A stretch of 64,000 nucleotides of DNA from the NCBI GenBank assembly GCA_032718475.1, contig JAUCBJ010004737.1, positions 1-64,000 on the forward strand, given 5' to 3'. The notes below the pieces were generated by a model. It was not told the DNA's origin and ran no database searches. It worked only from the letters and a program-made list of their open reading frames with translations. Numbering within the stretch: position 1 is the first letter of the stretch; every line of letters starts with the position of its first letter. Both the position numbers and the translations under genes were made by a program. This DNA comes from Nemertoderma westbladi. Taxonomy: Eukaryota; Animalia; Xenacoelomorpha. This document shows, one piece after another, positions 1 through 14,200 of this stretch.

Positions 1-227
1 CTTTTTCTAACCAAAACAATAAACGATGTTGTTACCAATTGAGGGAAAGGAGCAGGTTACAGAGACGGCTTTTTCTAACCAAAACAATAAACGATGTTGT
101 TACCAATTGAGGGAAAGGAGCAGGTTTCAGAGACGGCTTTTTCTAACCAAAACAATAAACGATGTTGTTACCAATTGAGGGAAAGGAGCAGGTTACAGAG
201 ACGGCTTTTTCTAACCAAAACAATAAC
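1..227. repeat. Tandem repeat, ~68-bp unit, ~3.3 copies (truncated by the window start)
   Basis: The unit ctttttctaaccaaaacaataaacgatgttgttaccaattgagggaaaggagcaggttacagagacgg recurs directly. A related single copy lies at ~45385-45447, so it is also a dispersed repeat. Confidence 0.9.
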
Positions 228-2291
228 CTTTGTTGTTATATCGTATGTAAAAATATCTATATCACTAGCGCTTATATCCTGCAAATAATATCCAATATGG
301 GGGGGGGGGGGGGGGTAACAGGAATGGGGGGAGAGTAACAGGAAAACACAGGTAGACACAAATGTTGTCGAATCATCGTATAGTAATCCAATTGCTGCAA
401 TTATTTCCTTAGGGAAATCCCATATAACGCAAGTATGATTTACATACGTTATCGAGAGACTGAATCGAAGGGTTTGGAGTATTGATTGAAAGATAGCCAG
501 TTGTGTGTCTTTGAAAGATAGCCAGTTGTGTGTCTTTCTTTTTGGATAACTCTTCAATTATCCCTCTAAGCGCCAAAATGGGCACCATGGTCCCGCGACC
601 ATGGTCGCGATGCCATTCCCGATGCAATTCAATGGAATTCTATTGTATAGCTTTACAGCAATCGTCATCAACGAGATTCCACTAAAAGGGTTCTCGTTGA
701 AGGAATCTCGTACAAAAAGATACAGGAGAAAAATGCACTACAGTCTTAAATCATAGAGGTCATGTATTTCTTGTGAAACAGCTTAGCTTTCCAGTTCTCT
801 TAATTGAACTGGGTCCCAGTCTAAAACTAACCATTTCCAGAGATGAAATCCTGAATATGGACCGAATTTCGGTTGACACTACTATCTCTACCGACCCACG
901 GATCGATGCAGACTTGCATTAAAGTCACACAAGAAAGAATGCACTCCATTATTAGCTGCCAGCCAACCACACTATTCTTTATCTGGACTTTTGATTTAAA
1001 TTCTGTACATTAACCAATTGGCAGAAAAATAAGGTATCATGCCAAATATGATATTCACATTTTTGCCCAGAACAAATATAATAATTAACGTATTTACAGA
1101 AACTATATAATTTCAAATTTAATTGAACAATAAGGGTGGCGGGGTAAATTTTTGGCAGGAAACAATTATTGATAAAGAGGTATAAGAATCCTGTTCGCAT
1201 GCAATGATATCTGATCTCAGACAAAATTTATAAAATCCATGATTAACCCCGGTTTTTGCGCAAAATGGGGAGAGAATTGCATTTGTGATGTCTACAAAGG
1301 AAATAGATATTGTATTGCATTATAAAATGTAAATCACTTATTAACTAATAGTAGTTATTATTTATAACTAAACAGCTAATTAGTGTAGCTACTGTAGTAT
1401 TTATTCATATCAAATCGTCAAGTAAACACCCCAAAAAAATTTTATTTGCTCCCTGGCTTGGGTCCAGTTGTTTGCTATAATACAACGCTGTACTGTACTG
1501 TGGCTATAAATTATCTGACAGGCTTAATAGACAAATATGTTCAAATTTAGAGATTGTTTTTCATATTTTTTATATTTTTAAATCATGATATTAGCGATAT
1601 TTTTCCGCTATCGTTATTTCTACTCGCTATATTTATTTCGTTATCGATGTAAGAATTTATCTTCTGTTCTAACTTATTGGCTTGTCGCAAACCGGATATT
1701 AGCTCTCTCAGTCACTTGGATTGAGAGAATTCAGTGGTTCGAATCTTGGTCCCAGCATTAACTTTTCAACAAGCTCATATCCGTGTGGTTCTTCTGAACC
1801 TCACCAGTGCAGTGGTGAGGTTCAGAAAGAAAAGCAAAGAAGAGCAAGAAGGCAAAGAAGAAAAATTATAATATTATTGATGGTGAAGGATGACACACAC
1901 TAGTGTGTGTCATCCTTCAGCATCAATAATAGTATCCCCCCCCCCCCCCCCCCACCTACCCAATGCTCTCCTGAGTTTTTCACATGCTTGTCTACATGGA
2001 TGAAACTAAAATTACTAAAAAGGAGAGCAATTTCCATAGCCATTGTAAACAAAGCCGATTACGAACTAAAAATATGCAGTCCCTTATTTTGGCCTACTGC
2101 TATTACAACATGGCAATATTGTACCTCATGATACATTATATTAAAAAGGTCTGAAATCATCGTGATTAGAAACTTTATTTCCCTTACGTTTAACTCATTA
2201 TTTAAATTGTTTCTTGCCAAATAATGTTTATTGCACCAACCATATATATATGCGTTTTCACTACTGCTATGAAACATCGAAAAATAACAAT

Positions 2292-5200
2292 TTAAAGAGA
2301 TTCGAATTCAGCCAATATCTTCGCTTTATCTTGCTCCCTTTTACCAATATACACCAGCCAGTATAAAATTTTCATACAGAGGAACACGGTTGGAAAGAAA
2401 TAACGCGAAAATTTATCGAGACGGTCCACATTGTAGCGCTTAGCTTGGGTGTAGCTGACTGTGCCAACGGTCCGAGAAAGCGTCTGGAATTGAGAGCCGC
2501 GGGTATTGGCGGCAGTGTTATCGATTGTGTAGCTCCCATCCACGGCACGTCGCAGAGAAGTTGTTGATTCCATTAAATGAAGGTTCTTCATGTCACTTAA
2601 TGCCATCTGAAAATAATACCATTAATATAATTCAATGTAATTAATTAGCTTTTAAATAATTAATTGTTGATTTCACAAATAATTAGTTTGATGAATGATG
2701 AGTAATTAGTTCAGTAAATAATTAGTGTGATTAATTGCTTATTTTTAATGGAAAGACTGGTCAAAATGTACAAAATTTATTTTATAATTACAGTAATAAT
2801 AATAATAATAATAATTTTATTTATAACCCGCCTATACAATAATAGCTCTAGACGCACAGACTACGAAATAAGTAGAGTTCTAAAAATTCCAAATTATACA
2901 ATTATACAAATACAATGTAATTGTATTCCGCAGTGCTGCTACAGTACTTAAAGTAACGTAATCGTAATATTACAACTTTAAAAAACACCTCGCTTACTTT
3001 CGGGGCTCGCCCCATACTTTAATAGACAAATGTATTCCAGCGATACTGTGTACCGGTGTCTTATTCAAGTCATTCTTCTATTCTATATTCAGACACAGCT
3101 TCAGTAATTGTTTTTTTTTATTGTACTGCTGTACCGGTACCGTTCAGTACCGGAAGTCGTTCTTTGCTGGTTGTGAGTTATATTAATTCTGTAATTATGA
3201 ATTGATTATAATAATTGGATTAGTCTTATGCGATAAATATATTTAAAGCTGGCAGTCTGCGCGGCTGGGCTCAACATTATCTGATAAATATTATTCTATG
3301 AATAACATAACTAACTATGAGTACCGATTAGAAGAGGCAGCAGGCGACGCCGGCGTTGGGCGACGGAAGTTCACCTCGGAAGGATGTGCACTCAGCGCTG
3401 TGAATTTCAGGGATTTTTTGCTGTAGAATTTTAGTTAGGCTACGGTACCATAATTGCTTTCTCCTTTTATTCCGAGTTAAGGTAGACAGACAGATGGAGT
3501 CCCAGAAGGTTTGATATATTTGATATTTATTATATCGTCGGCTTCATGCGAAAAGGTCGTATCCAAATTTTTTGTGAAATTTGGGTTATGTGCTTATATG
3601 ACACTAGAGGGCGTAATGCATATACTGTAGAAACGTCAAATTGATTGGCCAATCAGATATCGAGTTATAGACTTTAATCTAAATGTCTTATCTAAAAAAC
3701 GTTTGTGCGAAAATGACGTATCTAAAAAGTATTCCAGTTCAATGCTGAATAATAGACAGAAGTAACCAATCATAATATAAAATATAGTTATATGCGAAAA
3801 GGTCGTATGTTATATGACTTTTAATTGGACAATAAGAGGTTCTACAACATAATCAGTCAGTGTGGGTAATTTAAAACAATACTAATAACTGCAATTAACA
3901 CTAGTGCATGCTACCGGTACACGTGATTATATTTTTAGGAATGTACGTCCCGTACAGAGTACTTTGTATTTGTATTTTATCATCACAGCATAATGGACGA
4001 AAGGAACACGGTTCCCAAGGAACTAATAGATCTGCTTACTATAGATCTTAATGATTTAGTCGAAGAAGTTATAGTAGATTCTACATCTGCAGCCCTTAGT
4101 TATTGTGATACAAATGAAACAGGCGGTTCGGTATTTCCTGGTTTTCATTCGGATTCAGATGACTGTGATAGTGATTATGTACCATCCTCAACCAATGATA
4201 ACACTGATACAGGTTCTGACTCTGATCCGACATGTGCTCGTACCGGTACCAAGATAAAAAATACACCGGAATCTGAGGAGAATATTAATAAGAAGCAAAT
4301 CACTGTTGAGTCGCCTGTATTGAAGAAACGCAAACGCTGCATAAAGGGGAGGCCAGAATTTTGGCGGCGAAATATAACAAAGAAAAAACGGTTGCTTGGA
4401 GAAGAATATGTTAACCAAAAGGGCGGAATATCCAAACCCAGGCAGATGCGAGATGGTTGTGGCTGCAGGTTTAAACGTGGACAAAAAAGAGGCATTCAAT
4501 GCGAGTCAAGCATTTTTTCTGATGTCGACAGGAATAAATTGTTTGAAGCCTTTTGGGGATTACCAACATGGGATTCTAAGAGGGCACATATTCGGGCATT
4601 GGTTGGCCTAACTAAAACCAAATCAAATATTACTACGCGGAAATCTCGGACGTTTTCCTATCATTTGAAGAAGGATGATAAAATAGTTCGAGTTTGTAAG
4701 AAAATGTTTCTAAGCACATTAGGCATGGGAGAAAAACAAGTCAGAGGTTGGGTGATGTCTGGTACTGAGTCCAAATCTTCTGTTAGTATGAACCTGCAAC
4801 ATACCAGTACTAGATACAATCAGCGAAACACCAACAAGCGTAAGCTTTGCGTGCGGAAACATAATGATATAAAACGAAACAACCATTTAAAACAATGGTT
4901 AAAAAGTTTACCAAAAATGGAATCGCACTATTGCAGGAAATCCACAAACAAATTTTACTTAGAGCCAACATGGGTGTCTCACGTAGCCCTTCATGAAGAA
5001 TACACTAAAAGAGCAAAAGAGGATGGAGTTGATCCGCTTAAAATAGCTAAATTCACGGTTGTATTTCATGAGCTTAATCTAGCTCTTTATCGTCCTCGAA
5101 AAGATAGGTGTGATGTGCACGAATCTTATTTAAAGGGAAACTTGGACAAGGAAACATTTGATCTGCATGAAATAAAATACAAAGCAACCAAGGCAGAAAT

Positions 5201-8200
5201 GGCTAAAGATTGGGCAGAAAATGCAGTGCCAAATAGGAATGTTGCCTCAGTAGATATGCAACAGACGCTGCTGTGCCCTCTAACTAAAGCATCGACCATG
5301 TACTACAAGATGAAGTTAAAGGTGCATAATTGGACGTTTTTTGACGAACACACAGGAGATGTTAATTGTTTTATGTGGGATGAAACTGAGGGGGGAGTTT
5401 CCTCCAATGAATTTTCTTCTATTGCAGTTAAACATTGCAGTAACCTGATCGCGAGCGGCTCCAAAGAAATAATCTTGTGGTCTGATGGTTGCGGGTATCA
5501 GAATAGGAATGCAGTAATGAGTAATGCATTGCTTGGCTTGGCGACAGATCAGGGGGTGTCTATAACTCAAAAGTTCCTGGTATCAGGACATACGGAAATG
5601 AAATGTGATTCTGTACATAGTACCATAGGTCGCGCTGTAGAGAACCTTAATATTTATCTTCCTTCAATGTACTCTGCCATGGCACAGTCAGCTAGAAAGG
5701 CACCGAAGAATCCTTACCATGTTGAATACTTAGACTTCTCTGCGTTCAAGTGTTATTCAGAAAGTCTTGTCTATCCATCGGTACGCCCTGGGAAAGTCAA
5801 AGGAGACCCATGCGTTACTGATGTCCGCGCATATATGTACCATAATGGTAAGATACTCTATAAGTTAGATTTTAAAGATGATTGGCGTGAGATACCTTCC
5901 CGTTGCCGTACAAGCTTAAATGGTTCTAACTCTAAACCCAAACAACTGCATAAATCGAGGGTCCCAATCTCTATGGATAAGTGGGACGATTTACAAGATT
6001 TAAAGAAGGTTATACCTCGAGATTCTCACTCATTCTATGATGAAATTCCCCACAATAATATCTCGAAGCGAACCCGTTAAAATAACTTTATTGAACTGCT
6101 GTACTGAGTACTGGTAAGCTAAATAATAAAGCTAAATAAATAATAATGAAAAGCGAAATAATTATACCTTTTTTTGTTTCTCCCCGAATGGAACTTCATG
6201 ACACCTTGATAACCCCAATTCCATGCATTTTCTGCACTTCTACTAACAGATCAATTAAGTTTCTTCCACAGTTATATACACTCGCATTCGATGCACCTGC
6301 CTAAATGACGTATCTAAGACAACTTGTGAGTAAAATCAAGTGCTGAAACGTCGTATCTTTATTATCAAATGGTTGGATTGTTTTTTTTAGGAAACTATGC
6401 TGATAGGTAGTATTGCCGTACAAAATTATCACTGGTACCCAAATTTTGTTTAAATTTGTATCTTTTTAACTAAACTAAACAGTTTTTTCGCCTTTTCTCA
6501 AAACGAAGTTTCTACAACATAAGACGTTTTCGCACGAAGCCGACGATATGCGATTGTGTACTAAAACTGCTTCCAGATTCATTTATTAAGAAGCACAGAT
6601 ATCTTCTTTTTGCACATATTCGCCCATTAACAAAATTAGAGTACCCGTATTTATTTATCTTATTGCTGTATACAAAATTCTGAAAAAGGCCAAAATTAAA
6701 CAGCGTCGCCGAGAAAAGGCGCTATATGCGATATATTATTGGCGCTATATTATTTCCTATTCGCACTCCACTACACTGAAAAAGATAAACCTTGGTTTTA
6801 ACTAAAAAAACCGCCGGTTTTCTAAAATAACCCCGGGTATTTTACACCAAAACTACCGGGGGTTATTTTAAGAAACCGGCGGTTAAAGTAACAGATAGAA
6901 CCGTTGTTTCATTAATTATGATCCTATCTACAAGGACGGTTTTCCAAGCAAATAACGGTGGTTAATCTCTCAAAAGCAAGGTTTTAAAGTATCTGAAACC
7001 ATGGTTTGAGTTAATTAAATTAAGGTTTTATATTTGGGTACCATACCAGAATGGGGTTACAAATCAAAATACCAAGGTTATATTTCGTGGCTAATCTCTC
7101 AAACCGAGGTTTAAAAAACCTATGAAAGCATGGTTTGTCCATCAAACCAAGGTTTTAAAACCTATGAAACCATGGTTTATGTTAATTAAATTACGGTTTT
7201 ATATTTAGGTACCATAATACAATGGTGTTCCAAATTTTAATATCAAGGTTTAAATTCGTGGAATCTCTCAAACCGAGGGTTAAAAACCTAAGAAAGCACG
7301 GTTTGTCCCTCAAACCAAGGTTTTAAAACCTATGAAACCATGGTTTGTGTTAATTAAATTACGGTTTTATATTTAGGTACCATAATAAAATGGTGTTCCA
7401 AATTTTAATATCAAGGTTTAAATTCGTGGAATCTCTCAAACCGAGGGTTAAAAACCTAAGAAAGCACGGTTTGTCCCTCAAACCAAGGTTTTAAAACCTA
7501 TGAAACCATGGTTTGTGTTAATTAAATTACGGTTTTATATTTAGGTACCATAATAAAATGGTGTTCCAAATTTTAATATCAAGGTTTAAATTCGTGGAAT
7601 CTCTCAAACCGAGGGTTAAAAACCTAAGAAAGCACGGTTTGTCCCTCAAACCAAGGTTTTAAAACCGATGAAACCATGGTTTGTGTTAATTAAATTACGG
7701 TTTTATATTTAGGTACCATAATAAAATGATGTTCCAAATTTTAATATCAAGGTTTAAATTCGTAGAATCTCTCAAACCGAGGGTTAAAAACCTAAGAAAG
7801 CACGGTTTGACCCCCAAACTAAGGTTTTAAAACCTATGAAACCATGGTTTGTGTTAATTAAATTCCGGTTTTAAATTTTGGCACCACAAATCGGGGTTAT
7901 AGAAAAAGTCACCACTCACCACACCATGGATATTTTTAGAACACCGGTGGTAACATTTTGACACTTTTTGATTGGTAAAACTGCCAGCCAATTAAAAATA
8001 CAGCTGTTAAATAATGAAATAATGCAATTCAGTCTTAACCCACGCACGGCGGCATAACCCCACCCATAGTGCAGGAATATAAGCAAAGATTCCGTCCGGG
8101 GAACGGATAACTTTACTATATAAAATAATAATAAATGTGATATATAATTGATACTCATGTTTGCCATTTTTCTTAATTGACCAACTTAGTAGGGTAAATC

Positions 8201-11200
8201 TGGTGTATATAGCGACAGTGAATACTTGATGATAAGTATTTTACCAGTAACTAATATACCCAACCAACCAACCATTAACCTAAACAAATATGGTGCATCA
8301 GCATCATTTGCCCTATAATTTTGAAAACATTCACATAATCATACGTACTTCTGCTATTGGGTTCATTTTAATGAAACATTAGGCCTACTGAAAATTCTTC
8401 ATGTTTACTGGGTCCACCAAAGTCGTTTGTAATGTGCCAAATAGCAATAGTTGGCATGAATATAAAATCTATCATAAGTATAAAAATAAATTATTAAAAG
8501 AATATAAAAATATATTATAAAAAGAATATAAAAATAAATTATAAAAGGAATATAAAAATTTGAATGACCCACTTTTGGTACCGGTATATACCTGATACCC
8601 ATAGGTTAATTAAATTAACTCATTAGAACTGCGATGATCGATTAAGATCAAGATTAGAGTGATTATTTCTCGAGATATTGCACATTAAAAATAATACATC
8701 CCTAATTAAAATTACCTCACAATCAAGAATAATGCTAATCTGAACCGCATTTATCGATTTAGTGGGGATAGACACCGATTTCTTTTGTCAAACACTGTTT
8801 TGCTTGCCAAAATACTTCACAGGCATTTTTATTCTCAACATAAGGCTGGCCTCACACGAGCAAGTTTTGTTGCGGAAATTTGTTTCTGCAAAATGTTGCT
8901 GGCCCCTTCACACGAGCAACTTTTGTAACTGGGGATATCCCACTAGAGGCGCCACTTTTTCTCGCGCTTGTGGGCCTCGCAGTTTACAAGAGTGGCGGCC
9001 CAAACCCTAATTAAAGCAGTAATTAAATTTAAGAAATAAGAAATTTAAGAAATTTTGTGGAATTTCTTAAAATAGAGCCTCAAGACTTAGGGTTAGGATT
9101 TAATTACTGCTTTAATTATGGCTTGTGCCTGACCAACAAACCCTAACCAAAAAAACAAACGAATATATCCCAGTCTGTAAGTCAGTAAACTTCAAAACAC
9201 CCCAATCACTAAGTAGCCTGAGTAATAAAGGTCGTACTGCTGTATGTTTTCCATATGAAAAGTGGCGCCTGTAGTGTGAAAGATCCTGTAACTGCACTGC
9301 AACAAAAATTGCACGTGGAGCCTTGCTTAAGGAACCGATTGTGTGAGGGCAAATGATGCATTCTATTAACCAGCAACCAACACAATATTATCCTACTCAA
9401 TTCAATTAAACCAACATCCATCATGTAACGATTTTTCCAAGCTCCTCATCCAACTCAGCAACACCTTTAGTAAATAGTTTATTCGAAGAGATGAATTGAC
9501 GAGTGAAGTGTAATCATCGGCCCCCCTGTCATATTTTAAAACCATGGCTCCGCTAACCCATCCATAATTGTTGGATCCGTAAAAGAACACCCAGTAGGGT
9601 CTAGAACTTTTCGGCGTTCTATATGGCTCACATATTCGACTAGGCCAAAATTTGTCCCGTTTCTTAAGTTTGGCCCACACAAAATCTCCAACTTGGTAAC
9701 TATCACGAACATCCTGATCCTCACAATCAGAAACAACATCAGAGACAACATCAGCGTCAGAGGTGATGGAGATTACACCTTCCACATCAGATTCCGAACT
9801 TGATGATGGCACAGATATTTTATGAATTTCCTTCTCTTTTTTTGTCCCCTTAGTTGGTGGTTTTGAAAGAATCAGTTTCCTTGGTTTCTTGGCTTTAGGA
9901 GCTTCGGCAGCAAACTCTATCATTGATTTGTCCTTATCGGAATCCTTTGACGCTGAACCTGAAGTTCCTTTGTTGCGATTTCCCTTTTCAGCTTGAACGC
10001 GGTTGTGGCGTCGTAACGATCACTAAGCCTACAGTACAGTTCTACCGGGTTACATTTTAGTTAGCCTAATATGTGATACCGGTACTGCGGTACTGTATTA
10101 ATTTGATCTAATTTATGATTCAAATGAATTTAGAGAGAGAGAGAAACAGAAAACAGTTGATAAATAGGCCTAACAATAGCGTCAGTCCTGCAACGTTACA
10201 ACAAATAATATTTCAGTCTCGCCCAACAATACAAACAAATAACTACAGCACTAGCGATTACGGCATTAGCGTAATACGCGCAAGCTTCCCCTAGGGTTAC
10301 TACCCGAATTAACTGAAGGAGGCACAGAGCCCTTTACGTGTCCCCTTCCCTTCCTAAGGTCAGCCAGCGGTAATACCATGCAGCAATATGCTTGCGGTCC
10401 CATGTCCAGCCCCGCATTTCAGATCCCGTTCATCTCTCTGTCGCTGCCCGGTAGCGCTCCCGGCGCCCCTTCTTAGCCTATCATGCTGGCTTTATTAGCA
10501 CTGCCGTGCAAGCTTCACAATCAGCAGTATGACAAGCAGGGTGCAATTAAGCATCAATCAAGATTCAGTCATTTAAAACTCATTGATACTAGCACCAATC
10601 AGTACCGGTATTATTTTATATATATCCAGAGTCTGATGTATGCAAAACATTTACTAAATTTACAAACACATTCAGCAAACACGGAATATAAAACTAGGTA
10701 CCGGTACAATTAATACAGAATTCAAGATGGCAGATTTCAAGATGGCGGACAAAGATGATGACAATCTAAAAATATAACAAGATAAGAACCAATCACCGCC
10801 TAGGAAAGCCCGCATTGCACTATTTAACACAAACAAGCAAATTTATACAGAAATCCAATCAAAATACAGTAAGTAGGACGCAAATATACAGTATTATGAA
10901 GTGAACTTAGGTATAATTTAAGCCCTTTAACCATAATATTTACAATTTTTTGAATGTAACTAACAATTACATACAATTTAACTTAATTCTCCCCCTTTTC
11001 TACTGTATAACGGGCCGATTCCAAACAAACGCCGTATTTCGTAACACTTATCACCATTTATAAAATGACAACCGGGGTCATTCCATAAAATCGTAGTTTA
11101 AATGGGTTTCGAATATTTTTTACTAAAACCGCGAATTTTATAAAAACCGCGCTTTGTTGTGAAATATTTTGAAAACCGGTGTCATTCCATAAAATCGTAC

Positions 11201-14200
11201 TTTAAATGGGTTTCGAATATTTTTTACTAAAACCGCGAATTTTATAAAAACCGCGCTTTGTTGTGAAATATTTTGAAAACCGGTGTCATTCCATAAAATC
11301 GTAGTTTAAATGGGTTTCGAATATTTTTTACTAAAACCGCGAATTTTATAAAAACCGCGCTTTGTTGTGAAATATTTTGAAAACCAGTGTCATTCCATAA
11401 AATCGTAGTTTAAATGGGTTTCGAATATTTTTTACTAAAACCGCGAATTTTATAAAAACCGCGCTTTGTTGTGAAATATTTTGAAAACCGGGGTCATTCC
11501 ATAAAATCGTAGTTTAAATGGGTTTCGAATATTTTTTACTAAAACCGCGAATTTTATAAAAACCGCGCTTTGTTGTGAAATATTTTGAAAACCGGTGTCA
11601 TTCCATAAAACCGTAGTTTAAATGGGTTTCGAATATTTTTTACTAAAACCGCGAATTTTATAAAAACCGCGCTTTGTTGTGAAATATTTTGAAAACCGGG
11701 GTCATTCCATAAAACCGTAGTTTAAATGGGTTTCGAATATTTTTTACTAAAACCACGTATTTTATAAAAACCGCAATTTGTTGTGAAATATTTTGAAAAC
11801 CGGGGTCATTCCATAAAACCGTAGTTTAAATGGGTTTCGAATATTTTTTACTAAAACCGCGTATTTTGTAATAACCGCGATTTGTTGTGAAATATTTTGA
11901 AAACCGGGGTCATTCCATAAAACCGTAGTTTAAATGGGTTTCGAATATTTATTTTTCGAAACTATTGTATAATTTTTTGCAAATGAAACCGTGGTTTAAA
12001 ATTAAACTAAATCAAAACCGAGGTTATAGTGCCACTTGATAATGCATGAAAAAAAATCAATATGAAACCCTGGTTTATGTTTGTCTTACCGTAGTTTTTT
12101 ACTTTAAACAACGGTATTTGTAAAGACCGCGGTTGTGTTTTTTCAGTGTAGTGATCTCAATTTGCGTCCCTGCGGTAGTTTTGGCCTGCGGGGGATTGGG
12201 ATTGGATTGCCTTTTACAGTCATATTAATAATATTAATTAATTAAGTATAATTTAAAATCAGCAATAGTATAGTGATAACTAAAAGTTATAAGTAAAAGA
12301 GCTAAAAATTCCCGCAAATAATTAAGTACAGTTATAAATCGGCAATATTAAAATCGATAATAAAAGTTAATGCAATATTTATTAAAAAGGTAGAGTTTAA
12401 AATCGGCAATACTAAAATCATAAGTAACAGTTATAAAAATCCCAAATATACAATATTTTTAAATCGTTTAAAATCAGTCAATCACCATACTCGGCCTTAA
12501 AATAAAAAGTCTTCAAGTTACTCTTAAAGATGTCAAGGCTGGGGGAGCTTCTAATCGAATAGGGTAACACATTCCACACTAACGGGGAGCTACAGCGAAG
12601 GAACGGCGACCATAAGTTTTAGTGTTATAGTTAGGTACTGCCAACAGCAGCATGTTAGGGGAGCGCAGATTATGTGTGGGACTACGTTTAAATGAAACAA
12701 ACATATAGCTGAGTATCATCAGCATACAAGTGATATTTTAGACCATGTTGTCGAATTACATTGGAAAGGGAATGTGTATATTGTGAAAATAATAATGGCC
12801 CAAGAACAGAACCCTGTGGAACTCCATATTTAAAATACTTTTTATGTGAATAACTATCTCCAATAAGTAATCGATAAGAGCACTCACTAAGGTAAGAGCG
12901 AAACCAATTTAATGCATTCCCAGTTACACCAACATTATGCTCCAGAATTTGTTATAGTATGTATGGAATGATCAATGGCATCAAACGCGGCACTTAAGTC
13001 GAGCATAATTAGGAGAACGCAGGACCCATTATCGATGCCATTGAGAATATCATTATTTACAGGCAGCAGTGCCGTTTCCACACTATGAGAACCCCTATAT
13101 GCGCTCTGAAATGGTTCATATAAAGAATGCAAATGTAAATGATTTATTAATTGCTGTGCAACAACCTTTTCAGTATCTTCGCAAGGAATTTCAAGTTTCA
13201 TACCGGGTGAAAGTTATTTAATATGTCAGGGTTAAGACACCTCTTCTTTATCAATGGATGCAATACACTCTCTTTGAAGAGTTGTGGGACTTGCCCAATC
13301 GACAATGACAGATTGATTATAATTACAAACAATGGTAACAGCAATCCAATGCATCCATGTAACACCCTAGAGGGAAGTGGATCAGATGGGCTTGTCTTTA
13401 GATTTCCCTCCCGAATTAAATTATCAACATGTTCTTCAGATACTGGGTTGAATTCATCCAAGGATTTACCTGAAAATACAGGCGTTGCATTGATACTGAA
13501 AGAATCTTCATTATTGGATGAATTGCATTTATTGATATCAATCAATTCCTCATGAATATTGTCAATCTTTTGCTCAAAAAACTCAGCAAATTCATTCGCT
13601 AGGTCTAAATCATTATCCCTTTGAGGCAAAATACCATTCAGATGAGCGGAAACTAGTTGTCCAACGCATTTAAATAGCTGTCTTTGATTTCCACTATTAG
13701 CTTGAACAATTGACATATAGTAGTTTTTCTTGGCAATTTCAACCAAATTACTAACTAATAAACATTGATCCCTATAAGCCAATTTATGTACCTCGAGATT
13801 TGTTTTCCTAAACTGACGCTCCAGACGCCTCTTCTTTCTTTTTGCCAAGGGAAATTTCACAATTATCACTGGAAAACATATCACTAGTTTGAAGGTCTTG
13901 AAGGAATGCAGACACATTAATTGAACTAACCGCTCTCGACTGTAAGGTTAAGTTGCTTGTAAAGCAGTAAGTTTATTAGTTTAATATTAGTCAATGCATC
14001 ACTTTAAAAAAGTAGGTTATTATTATCTTAGTTGTAATATCTAATTAGTGTATTAGTTTTATCAAACTCAACAATTTAATAAAATTCCCGTACACGCAAT
14101 CTATTTGAATTCCTAAGAATACTATTGGAAATTTATGGAATGGTTATTTGGGCCCATGCTCCACTGGTATGTCGTAAGTCTTAAAACATAAGTCGAAATA

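Larger units (their letters stand above)
6774..12148. mobile_element. Non-autonomous CACTA/EnSpm (CMC)-like DNA transposon with subterminal repeat arrays and PWWP cargo
   Basis: Ends read ta|cactgaaaaa ... tttttcagtg|ta (TA duplication). The alternative reading is CACTA...TAGTG ends at 6769/12153. Both subterminal regions are rich in aaaccNNggttt palindromic motifs and tandem arrays. No transposase ORF is seen. Confidence 0.72.

Noticed and set aside
299-315. Poly-G/poly-C runs here and elsewhere (e.g. ~1936, 18533, 33896, 44748, 47490) as G-quadruplex signals
   Set aside because: They are simple homopolymers of unreliable length, with no consistent context.
1698-1760. tRNA-like sequence (ggttcgaatc B-box)
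   Set aside because: No complete cloverleaf forms; probably a decayed SINE head.
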